Under the pieces are notes generated by a model that saw nothing but the letters and a program-made list of their open reading frames with translations, did not search any database and was not told where the DNA came from. Shown piece by piece: positions 15,201-26,390 of a DNA stretch of 57,871 nucleotides. The translations under genes were made by a program, and so were the position numbers. Each line of letters begins with the position of its first letter. Position 1 is the stretch's first letter. The DNA is from Candidatus Woesearchaeota archaeon (lineage in GTDB: Archaea > Nanobdellota > Nanobdellia > Woesearchaeales > UBA11576): assembly GCA_016929255.1 (NCBI GenBank), contig JAFGJH010000059.1, positions 1 through 57,871 on the forward strand, in the 5' to 3' direction.

Positions 15201-17918
15201 ATGCGCAGGTTCGAAAAAGAGGAGATGGGACAAAGGTCAAAGATAGTGGCCCTTTGCCACAGCATATACCAGCTGTTCAACGAGAAGAGGAAAGAGCTGG
15301 CAGTTGACTGGAAGGAAGAGTTCAACAAAGGAGGGGTCGAGAGGGTCGAACAGCTCTTCAACAGGACCCTGGAAGTCGTCTACCAGCAGATAAGTGCAGT
15401 CTCTCAGCTATCAGAGCTCATAAGACAGCAGGACGCAGAAGTGAGGAAATCTGCAGGAAGGCTCGGCAAGCACCTGGACTACGCATCATTGGTCAAATCA
15501 CACTTCTCATTCGCGACAATAGCCGGCGAGATGATCAAGAAAGAAGAGCTTGACACAGAGAAACTCCTTGAACTTCTCCGGAAGCTGTTCTTTGACCTCA
15601 GCGAACAGAAAAAGAAGCTTGATTCTGTGAAAAAACAGGGTGCGGGAAAGCAGGCATATGCTGAAGTTGATATCAGGAGCCTGGCACAGACCGAGTTTAA
15701 GATACTGCAGAGCATAACACCGTTCTGGAACGAATGGGAGACCCTTGTCCCGAAGATAGAAGCCTTGGTATCCAACATAGGCCAGGCCAGCGAGGAGGAC
15801 CTGGATAGACTGAAGAAAGACATCAGGAAACTTCTTGACTCGTACCACAAGAGCTTCGCCAATGACGAACAGGCATCACAGCTCGGCACAGAGCTCGCGC
15901 TGAACCTCGCGATCAACGATACAAAAGAGATGGATGCTCTCGGAGGGAAAGTCCCCGTAGCAATAGTCAACGTCGACATGACTGCATGCAACTCCCTTGA
16001 CACGTCCCACAAACTCGGCGACGCGCTTATACAGACAGCATATAAAGAGCTTGACCGCAGGCTCAGGAGGGAGTTCACGATAATCGAACAGTACGAGCGG
16101 AAGGGGATCATAGACGGCAAGGGTGTCGTGACCATCCTCGGAAGGACAAGGCTGAAGATAGTCGGCATAGGCAAGAAGGAGATAGAAGACGCGCTGAAAG
16201 AGGTGCCCCCTATAGTCCGCAAACAGCTTGTAGACACTTTCAGCGGACAGTTCCAAGGCGCAGACCTTCAATCCCTCAAGAACCTCAACACCCGCCTGCT
16301 GGCAGGATACCATGAGCTGGATGTCGGAAATGAGCGCAGGCAGTTCGTCTACAAGCTCGTTTATTTCAAACTGACCTCAGAAGGCTATCTGAAGGATATC
16401 ATCCAGCCCTACACCGGAGAGCTCGACGCAAAGGTAGAAAGAGAGAGTGCGCTCGCAGAGCTGAAGGAACTCGAGAAGCAGATTGCACAGAAGATAGACG
16501 ACGCGATAAAGCACGCAGCGGCAAAGGCAGAGTATCTGGAGAAGATGTTCCTCCCTGACTACGAGGGCAGGAAACTGGGCGAGCTCAAGAAAAGGATGGA
16601 AGAGGAGCACATACCGCCTGTGGAGACCCCTGTATTCGTACAGAGGATAAACGCCATCGAAAGGGAGGTGCTGGCAGATTTCCCTGCTGTAGTCATCTAC
16701 GACGGGAAGTTCGAGCCGAAGTCAGCCTGGATAGGCCTCAACTACATACCAGAGGAGGAGTTCGAAGGAAAGATGATAAACAGGGTCGCGCACCAGATAG
16801 GGCTGGACAACCACCTGGCAGAAGAGCTGTTAAGGCTGTTCCATGAATGCCGGCAGAAGAGAAAGGACGGCAAGCTGGAGCCGGAAGACGCGAAAAAGCT
16901 CCACGAGCTCAAAGAGAAATTCTATCTTGACGTGCTGCAGAAGAGACACCTCGCAAAGAGCTATGACCTCAGGTTCCCCGCCTCACTGCGCGAGGACTCG
17001 TTCGACCAGGTGCTCGCGGCGATGACGCTCATAGAGGGCCCGCAGGTCATGACGTTCTTCGAGTTGGACGGGTTCAACGCATTCAACAAGCTGTACAGGC
17101 CAGACAAGCAGGACACATACTACCATTCCGTTCTGAAGATGATGCTGACGCATTTCGACGAGGTCTTCAATGAGGGGGTCGCCGAGCAGTACGCGATAAA
17201 GCCCAGGATGGTCAAGCAGGGCGACGAGATATGGATCAGCTATCCCCTGACTTCAGAGAGGGGAAAAGTGTCCGAGAAGGAGCACATGAAGTTCCTCGAA
17301 AGGGTCAGGAGATCGCTCGTGAGCCTCTCTCTCGGCGAAGCCCTCAAAGTTCCGAACCAGAGGACGATAGACTGGATACCCCTGCGCATAGACAACAAAA
17401 TTCTCCTGCATCTTCACCTGCAGAACTGCTTCAGGAAGTCGAAGCAGGTTTTCTATGTCGACAACAGCAAATTCACTCACGACCGTCCGCAGTCAGAGAA
17501 GCACATAGAGGTAACTCCCCTGAACCAAGAGGGGCTCTTCGGCAGTTATTTCACTATGGTCAGGATAATCGGCGCGAACAAGAAAGAGGACTTCACAGAC
17601 TGGAAGTCCATCAGTCCCGCGAGGGAGGTGACTGGAGATGGGGATTTCGGGCCAGAAAAATTCATTTTCTCATCGATGCTGTTCGAAGAGACCGTCAAAC
17701 TGCTTTCAGACGGCGCGTCAAGCAGGCTGAAGACAGGAAGGGTCATAAGGCTGGGCACCACCGCAGGATATGCCGGGTTCAGCAGGCCTCTGATGCCAAC
17801 AGCACCCAAAGAATCGGAACTGATAAGGGGCAGGCTGAACGAGGCAGTCGAGAAGATGCGCCATAGGAAAGGCCGCGGCGGGATATACAACCTTGAGAAG
17901 GAAGGTTTCGCTTTTTGA
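15201..17918 (+). CDS. Large (905 aa) orphan protein with coiled-coil regions and two divergent nucleotide-cyclase/GGDEF-like palm signatures
   Basis: aa 253-320: VAIVNVDMTACNSLDTSHKLGDALIQTAYKEL. aa 616-680: VMTFFELDGFNAFNKLY...VKQGDEIWISYP. The second aligns by eye to the class III cyclase core in this window (MTVMFSDLRGFTAMSEKL...KFVGDEIMALFG). Confidence 0.55.
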   Translation: MRRFEKEEMGQRSKIVALCHSIYQLFNEKRKELAVDWKEEFNKGGVERVEQLFNRTLEVVYQQISAVSQLSELIRQQDAEVRKSAGRLGKHLDYASLVKSHFSFATIAGEMIKKEELDTEKLLELLRKLFFDLSEQKKKLDSVKKQGAGKQAYAEVDIRSLAQTEFKILQSITPFWNEWETLVPKIEALVSNIGQASEEDLDRLKKDIRKLLDSYHKSFANDEQASQLGTELALNLAINDTKEMDALGGKVPVAIVNVDMTACNSLDTSHKLGDALIQTAYKELDRRLRREFTIIEQYERKGIIDGKGVVTILGRTRLKIVGIGKKEIEDALKEVPPIVRKQLVDTFSGQFQGADLQSLKNLNTRLLAGYHELDVGNERRQFVYKLVYFKLTSEGYLKDIIQPYTGELDAKVERESALAELKELEKQIAQKIDDAIKHAAAKAEYLEKMFLPDYEGRKLGELKKRMEEEHIPPVETPVFVQRINAIEREVLADFPAVVIYDGKFEPKSAWIGLNYIPEEEFEGKMINRVAHQIGLDNHLAEELLRLFHECRQKRKDGKLEPEDAKKLHELKEKFYLDVLQKRHLAKSYDLRFPASLREDSFDQVLAAMTLIEGPQVMTFFELDGFNAFNKLYRPDKQDTYYHSVLKMMLTHFDEVFNEGVAEQYAIKPRMVKQGDEIWISYPLTSERGKVSEKEHMKFLERVRRSLVSLSLGEALKVPNQRTIDWIPLRIDNKILLHLHLQNCFRKSKQVFYVDNSKFTHDRPQSEKHIEVTPLNQEGLFGSYFTMVRIIGANKKEDFTDWKSISPAREVTGDGDFGPEKFIFSSMLFEETVKLLSDGASSRLKTGRVIRLGTTAGYAGFSRPLMPTAPKESELIRGRLNEAVEKMRHRKGRGGIYNLEKEGFAF

Positions 17919-17963
17919 ACATCTCATTCGTTCGGCAGCCAGGCCGCAGCGCAGCTTCAAAAG

Positions 17964-18108
17964 GCAGCACCGCCACGCTGCTAAACTTATGTTAGCTGCT
18001 AATCGCACATTTTCATGACCTTGCTTGCGCAATAACCGTTGTTTGTTGCGGAAGTGCAGCCCATCCCGCTTCTTTTGCCAACCGGCGCTAAAGCGGTGGC
18101 AGTGCTGC
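17964..18108. repeat. GC-rich MITE-like intergenic element, family 1, copy A
   Basis: Imperfect TIR GCAGCACCGCCACGCT / AGCGGTGGCAGTGCTGC. Shares the internal core GTGCAGCCCAT(C/T)CCGCTTCT with copies at 18141, 45785, 47060 and 49498. Confidence 0.6.
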
Positions 18109-18140
18109 AAATAATAGCTAAACAAATACAATAATTTCAC

Positions 18141-18243
18141 GGACCGCGCTTGCGCCATAAGCGCAGTTGCTGTCAAAGTGCAGCCCATTCCGCCTGTCTT
18201 GTCTGAGTGCACGCCATGAGCGGTGGCACTGCCGGGACAATAA
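18141..18243. repeat. Family 1 element, copy B (5'-truncated, tandem to copy A)
   Basis: Has CTTGCGCC...AAGTGCAGCCCATTCCGCC...GAGCGGTGGCACTGCC but lacks the left arm. Confidence 0.5.
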
Positions 18244-18275
18244 GCGGCGCTGCAGAAACAAGTACAGCCAGTCTA

Positions 18276-18752
18276 TCAATAGCACCTGGAATCATGCGCA
18301 GTGGTGTCAGCAAGGCCCACGATACGCCTATGGTTGCCGTGCTTCTCTGCGCAGTCCTGGCGAAGGCCTTTGACCAGCGTGTAGACCGCTTCTATCTTCT
18401 GGTCAAGGGGTGAGCGGTCCTTGTCCGCAATCTTCCTGCAACGCGAATAGAGCGCGCCGCATCTGCCATGCTCCTCCTCAAGCAGATCTTCTGACCAGTC
18501 ATATCTGCTCAACGGAGAGGCCTGCCTGAAAAGGAGTTCCATCTGGTCGAGGCTTGCGAATGTCTCTGGAAGCTGGAACGTGTCTTTCTCACGCTTGATC
18601 CTTGCCTGCTCATAATTGTTGAGCATGTACTTCAGCACAATCAGTGCTTCGATATATGTGGAAGAATCAGCGATATCTTTCGGGCGGAGTATAGCTTCAT
18701 AAAGCTTTTCAGCAAGTCCTGCATCATGTTTTGCATCTTTGTCAGCAGTCAT
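18276..18752 (-). CDS. Hypothetical protein
   Basis: 158-aa ORF divergent from mre11. No recognisable motif. Confidence 0.4.
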   Translation of the reverse strand: MTADKDAKHDAGLAEKLYEAILRPKDIADSSTYIEALIVLKYMLNNYEQARIKREKDTFQLPETFASLDQMELLFRQASPLSRYDWSEDLLEEEHGRCGALYSRCRKIADKDRSPLDQKIEAVYTLVKGLRQDCAEKHGNHRRIVGLADTTAHDSRCY

Positions 18753-18880
18753 CTATTCCCCCCGAAATAGTTATTACTTATCAATGTTGAACATCTTTAA
18801 TATTTAAATGTTTTGTTTTCTTTTTAAGCTGTTTTTAAACGCCGTAACATTAAAAAAACGGTGTTATATTCCCTGAGGAT

Positions 18881-20095
18881 ATGAAATTCGCCCATATCGC
18901 AGACGTGCACCTCGGAAGCTGGAGAGAGCCTAAGCTGAGAGAGCTCAACGCCAGGGCATTTGTTGAGGCGGTCAGCAGATGCCTGTCCAAGCGGGTAGAT
19001 TTCGTTCTCCTGGCAGGAGACCTGTTCAACACGAGCATACCTTCTATCGAAAGCCTCAAGCTTGCAGTGACTGAACTTAAGAGGCTGAAGGACGCAGGCA
19101 TACCTGTCTACACAATCGCAGGAAGCCATGACTTCTCTCCATCAGGGAAGACCATGCTTGAAGTGCTTGAAGAGGCAGAACTGCTGAAGAATGTCTGCAA
19201 AGGGGAGGTGGCTGATGGAAAGCTCAAGCTGCACTTCACAACAGACAGGAAGACAGGAGCGAAGATAACAGGCATGATAGGGAAGAAAGGCATGCTGGAA
19301 AAGAAATACTACGGAGACCTTATGCATCAGAACCTCGAACAGGAGCAAGGGTTCAGGATATTCATGTTCCACACAGCGCTGTCAGAGCTCAAGCCAGAGT
19401 ATATGGAGCATATGGAAGCCGCACCGCTCTCGTTGCTGCCGAAGGGATTTGACTATTATGCGGGCGGGCATGTGCATATCGTAAAAGAGGCGAGCATATC
19501 AGAATACAGGAACATAGTCTATCCCGGCCCGACATTCCCTAACAGCTACACAGAGCTGGAAAAGCTCGGGTGCGGTGGTTTCTACATCTATGATGGCAGC
19601 AGCGACAGCAGGCTTGTCTATGAGCGAATCGAGCTCTGCCCCGTGGTTCCCATAAGCATCGACTGCATGCACAAGACTCCCCAGCAGTCCACAGAAGACA
19701 TCCTCGACGCGCTTGCCGGCAAGGAGATGAAAGACGCGATAGTCCTCCTCAGGCTGGCCGGAAGGCTAGAGACAGGAAAGACATCAGAAGTAGATATCAA
19801 AATGGCGACAGATATCATGCACGAGAGGGGGGCGTGCTTTGTGATGAAGAACACCACTAAGCTCGTGTCAAAGGAGTTTGAAGAGGTCAAGGTGAAGGCA
19901 GACACTACAGAGGAGGCAGAGAGGCTCGTCGTCGAAGAGCATGTCGGGCAGGTCAAGTCTCTTGAGCTGACACCTGAAGCAGAGAAGGGTCTTGTTCATC
20001 AGCTCATGACGGTCCTTGACAAGGAGAAAGAGGAAGGCGAGAGGCAGTCAGACTACGAGGCAAGGATAATAGCAGAGATGGAGAAGATATTCTGA
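18881..20095 (+). CDS. mre11: Mre11 DNA double-strand-break repair nuclease (calcineurin-like phosphoesterase)
   Basis: 404 aa. Phosphoesterase motifs HIADVHLG, LLAGDLFN, AGSHD, GGHVH. No rad50-like gene adjacent. Confidence 0.85.
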   Translation: MKFAHIADVHLGSWREPKLRELNARAFVEAVSRCLSKRVDFVLLAGDLFNTSIPSIESLKLAVTELKRLKDAGIPVYTIAGSHDFSPSGKTMLEVLEEAELLKNVCKGEVADGKLKLHFTTDRKTGAKITGMIGKKGMLEKKYYGDLMHQNLEQEQGFRIFMFHTALSELKPEYMEHMEAAPLSLLPKGFDYYAGGHVHIVKEASISEYRNIVYPGPTFPNSYTELEKLGCGGFYIYDGSSDSRLVYERIELCPVVPISIDCMHKTPQQSTEDILDALAGKEMKDAIVLLRLAGRLETGKTSEVDIKMATDIMHERGACFVMKNTTKLVSKEFEEVKVKADTTEEAERLVVEEHVGQVKSLELTPEAEKGLVHQLMTVLDKEKEEGERQSDYEARIIAEMEKIF

Positions 20096-20113
20096 AAGCA
20101 CTGACCGGATGAT

Positions 20114-20521
20114 TCAGATATCATCAAGGATGGTCTTGACATCCTCGCCTATCCTGTCAGCCAGGTCATCCTTCTTGAGGTCAGATATCACGAACCACCC
20201 GATCTCCTCAATATTCTCCCCTGGCGTGAAAGTCGCTTCAGGGTCCAGGTCGCACTCAAAGATCGTGGCCTCGACATTGTTGCCTGCCTTCTGGTATTCA
20301 AGGATTGTGAAGTGCTGGATTATCTCAGGCTTGACGCCAATCTGCTCTTTCGTCTTCTGGACAGCGGCGTCCTCCAGACCTATCTTTGACTTGACTATGC
20401 CGCCGGGAAGCTCCCAGAGCGCCTTGCCCTTCTTGCGAATAAGCAGCACCTTTTCATTCTTCAGAATCGCGCAACCGGACAACAGTATAGTAGGCATCAG
20501 ACCGTGAGAATAGCCTTTCAT
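20114..20521 (-). CDS. NUDIX-family hydrolase with atypical Nudix box
   Basis: 135 aa. The segment LPGGIVKSKIGLEDAAVQKTKEQIGV occupies the Nudix-box position, but RE..EE is replaced by QK..KE. Confidence 0.6.
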   Translation of the reverse strand: MKGYSHGLMPTILLSGCAILKNEKVLLIRKKGKALWELPGGIVKSKIGLEDAAVQKTKEQIGVKPEIIQHFTILEYQKAGNNVEATIFECDLDPEATFTPGENIEEIGWFVISDLKKDDLADRIGEDVKTILDDI

Positions 20522-20609
20522 TTAAAAACTTAACGTAAAAATACCGTCTAAAACATATACTGATTATATCATGATAAAAAGAAAAATCAAAAGAAACAGG
20601 TGAAAATAT

Positions 20610-21509
20610 TTACGCTGCTTCCTTCTGCAGCTGCGCGATGAATGTCTGCGCCATCTCAATCTCATTCTTCTTTGCCTTGAGAGCCGGCCTCATCGCAGCA
20701 AGCAGCGATCCCTGGAAAACCAAGAGCTTCTTGGCATATGCGACCTCGTCCTTGACCCTCTTGACCAGCTCCGGAGCGTCAACCGCGACCGGCGCAAGGA
20801 GCTGGAGTATAAAATCAATATCGCTCCTGAGCTGCGAACCTGCGGAAGCCATTGTCGTTATCTTCTGGAATGATGCGAATATGTCCCTGTCCTTCCTTCC
20901 GAGCTGAGCTATCAGCTTCTGCTCTTCCTTTACCAGAGCCTTGTCAAATGTCTGGAGCTTCCTCTCCACTATTTCATTCAGCTGGGCGCTCAACTGCGCC
21001 CTCTCGGCGAGAAGATTGGAAAGCCTCGCAATCTCATCCTCCTGCGCAGTGACCTGCTGGGACACCCTCAAAGACACCTTTTCCGCTTCCCTGAGGCTCT
21101 TGCCCATCCCTTCAAGGAAATTGGAGATGCTCTCTGACTGGCGCTGCAAAGAGTCTGTCTTCATCGGCTTCCCTGATTTTTCAATTGCCTTTACAAGCTC
21201 TGCCTCTCTCTGTGCATCTGTCTTCATGCTTTTGAACCAGGCCTCTTCATCCTTCTTCTTCATAGGTATGCCAGGCCTGGGAGTTTTCTTCAGTTCTTCC
21301 CTTGCAATCGCGGCAAGCTCCTGTGTTCTCTTGGCCTGCTTGTCAATAGCCTTGCCCCCTTCCCGCATCTCTGACCGAAAATCTTTTCTGGAAAGGGCAT
21401 TCTTTTTCTCCTCTGCCTCTCTGGTCCTGATTATCTTATCCCCTTCAGCCATAGCTTCCTTTATCTCTTTAGATTCAAAAAGACCAGAAAACCAGTTGAG
21501 CAACCCCAT
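20610..21509 (-). CDS. Hypothetical coiled-coil protein
   Basis: 299-aa ORF. N-terminal MGLLNWFSGLF followed by long heptad-rich sequence. Confidence 0.5.
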   Translation of the reverse strand: MGLLNWFSGLFESKEIKEAMAEGDKIIRTREAEEKKNALSRKDFRSEMREGGKAIDKQAKRTQELAAIAREELKKTPRPGIPMKKKDEEAWFKSMKTDAQREAELVKAIEKSGKPMKTDSLQRQSESISNFLEGMGKSLREAEKVSLRVSQQVTAQEDEIARLSNLLAERAQLSAQLNEIVERKLQTFDKALVKEEQKLIAQLGRKDRDIFASFQKITTMASAGSQLRSDIDFILQLLAPVAVDAPELVKRVKDEVAYAKKLLVFQGSLLAAMRPALKAKKNEIEMAQTFIAQLQKEAA

Positions 21510-21658
21510 GTTAAGACCTCTTTTGAGTTTTTGACGTACTGTTAACCCTTATTCTGCAAGAACAAGCGTTTTCTCTTTAAAAAGTTTTCCTTTGATTATG
21601 GGCGTTTCAGGGGCTTTTTCAGAAAAGTATAAAAATGACTACTTATTAGTAGTTTAAT

Positions 21659-22219
21659 ATGGGGGATGTAGTCAGCTTAACAGGGTTCAGGCAGTACAGC
21701 AAGGAAGCTTCTCAGAAAGACAGCGATTATGACAAGCTCAAGACCCTTGAGCGTGAGCTATTTGGAGAATCAAAGCAGGGGCATTCTTTCCTTGAGCTCA
21801 TTGTCGGAGGCGCAGAGCAGCCACCAAAAGCAGGGGCACTAGAACCTGTAAATGCCGCCACGGAACTTTTAAGTCTGGACCTTCTGAGAACACCTTATCT
21901 CAAATTCGAAAACTATGACCTGAAGAGATATGGGGATTTCCTCTACACTGCACTGGTCTACTTATACAGGCATGAACCACGAATGCCCGTCCCAAAAGAT
22001 AGGATCAAGGGCGTCGCAAGGCAGCTCTTCAGGCACTCAACAGGCCTGCCGAAACTGTCAGAACCTGAGCTGATCAACGAATACAAGAAAACAATGAGAG
22101 GCAGGATATCTTATCGTTATAGGGAATGGAAAGTCCATGTCCGCCTCAGGATATTCGAGGACGAGGCTGTCCTGGAAGCCAACGGCGGGTATGAGACAAC
22201 AGTCGAAGAAAAAAAATAA
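21659..22219 (+). CDS. Hypothetical protein
   Basis: 186-aa ORF. TATA GTATAAAAATG about 25 nt upstream. Confidence 0.45.
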   Translation: MGDVVSLTGFRQYSKEASQKDSDYDKLKTLERELFGESKQGHSFLELIVGGAEQPPKAGALEPVNAATELLSLDLLRTPYLKFENYDLKRYGDFLYTALVYLYRHEPRMPVPKDRIKGVARQLFRHSTGLPKLSEPELINEYKKTMRGRISYRYREWKVHVRLRIFEDEAVLEANGGYETTVEEKK

Positions 22220-22240
22220 GACAACAAAAAAGATATTTTC

Positions 22241-22603
22241 TTATCTCTTGCCGACCTTAATCCCTGTCTTCTGCGAACCGCCGGACTGCAGCAACCTCTT
22301 CAGCTCGACACGGTCCTTCTCTGTCAGAGCAGTCTCGTTCCTCACTATCTTGAAAGCCTCATCAATCAGGAGGTCTGCCTGGAACTTCAGCTTCTGGAGG
22401 ACATCAAGATGGCTCTCGAACAGCTCGCGCTCCTTCTGCAGGTCTGACGGAGACTTCGCCTTCTGGAAGTTCTTCTCGAAAAGGGACAGAGAACTGAAGT
22501 GCGAGTCCCTGAACTGCTTCGCGAGAGCATTCACCTGCGACAGAGCGTCATCAAACTCCTTGATATAGCGCGTATCCTCTTTTTTTGAAAACAATCCCAT
22601 CAT
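22241..22603 (-). CDS. Small hypothetical helical protein
   Basis: ATGATG at 22603-22598 preceded by GGAGAGGGGTG. The product begins MMGLFSKKED. Confidence 0.45.
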   Translation of the reverse strand: MMGLFSKKEDTRYIKEFDDALSQVNALAKQFRDSHFSSLSLFEKNFQKAKSPSDLQKERELFESHLDVLQKLKFQADLLIDEAFKIVRNETALTEKDRVELKRLLQSGGSQKTGIKVGKR

Positions 22604-22679
22604 ACACACCCCTCTCCGACTGGTTGATATCAACAATCCTCATTATTTAATTGTTTCTTTAATTGTTTCCTGACAAAAC

Positions 22680-25662
<2,983 letters not shown>

Positions 25663-25666
25663 TTTT

Positions 25667-26320
25667 TCACTCCTTCTCAAGTATCTGGACAGGCACCTTG
25701 CTCAGCTTTTTGAACTGCTCCGCATCATCCTTGCTGCCGACGATGGCGCCGTAATGCATGGGTATGGCAAGCTTGGGCTTGAATCCCTCGACAGCCTTTG
25801 CTGCCTCTTCTGCAGTCATCACGTAAGTGCCTGAGACGGGCACCAGCGCCACGTCGATCTTGTGCAGCTTCGACATTTCAGGTATGGCGTCAGAGTCGCC
25901 GCTATGATATATGCGCTTGCTGTTTATGCCTATTATATACCCCACCCAATCATTGGCCTTCGGATGGAAGCTCTTGCCTGTGTTGTACGCAGGCACTGCC
26001 TCAACCTGGATGTTGCCCATGACAATGCTCTTACCGGGTGTCATTATCACGCTCGTCCTCATGTCAATCTTCCCCTGGAACTTGCTCTGGCAGTCCGGAG
26101 GGGCGAGCAGGACTGTCCTGGGAGTGGATATCTTATTCAGGTCCTCGATAGAGCAATGGTCATAATGAGAATGAGTGATCAGTATGGCGTCAGCAGGGAC
26201 AGCATCCCCTATCCGGTAAGGGTCTATATAAAGCACCCTGTTCTCAAGCACATCAGTTATCCTGAAACCGGAATGGCCAAGCCACTTTATCTCAACATTG
26301 CCCACATCCATGGCTAACAC
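25667..26320 (-). CDS. Metallo-beta-lactamase-fold hydrolase
   Basis: 217 aa. ILITHSHYDHC metal-binding motif. Confidence 0.75.
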   Translation of the reverse strand: MLAMDVGNVEIKWLGHSGFRITDVLENRVLYIDPYRIGDAVPADAILITHSHYDHCSIEDLNKISTPRTVLLAPPDCQSKFQGKIDMRTSVIMTPGKSIVMGNIQVEAVPAYNTGKSFHPKANDWVGYIIGINSKRIYHSGDSDAIPEMSKLHKIDVALVPVSGTYVMTAEEAAKAVEGFKPKLAIPMHYGAIVGSKDDAEQFKKLSKVPVQILEKE

Positions 26321-26390
26321 CCCCTAACGCCATAAGTTAATAGGATGGAGAATATTAATCTTTTGGTTGTGCAGCATATCACTCAGCGCA

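Noticed and set aside
15201-17918. The 905-aa coiled-coil protein as the missing Rad50
   Set aside because: It has no N-terminal Walker A, no CxxC zinc hook in the coiled coil, and no C-terminal signature or Walker B motifs.
17718-18373. Track ORFs in the 17.9-18.3 kb gap (17718-18212 -, 17779-17976 -, 18167-18373 +, 18207-18413 +)
   Set aside because: They run through the tandem family 1 repeat copies and have Cys/Arg/Ala-rich composition. The same holds for 45623-45871 (+) and 49691-49918 (+).
20610-22603. MGL(L/F)-starting helical proteins (20610-21509, 22241-22603) as ESCRT-III/PspA-like membrane-remodelling proteins
   Set aside because: The only evidence is an N-terminal MGLF-type start and helical, heptad-rich character, which is far too weak without a profile or structure match.
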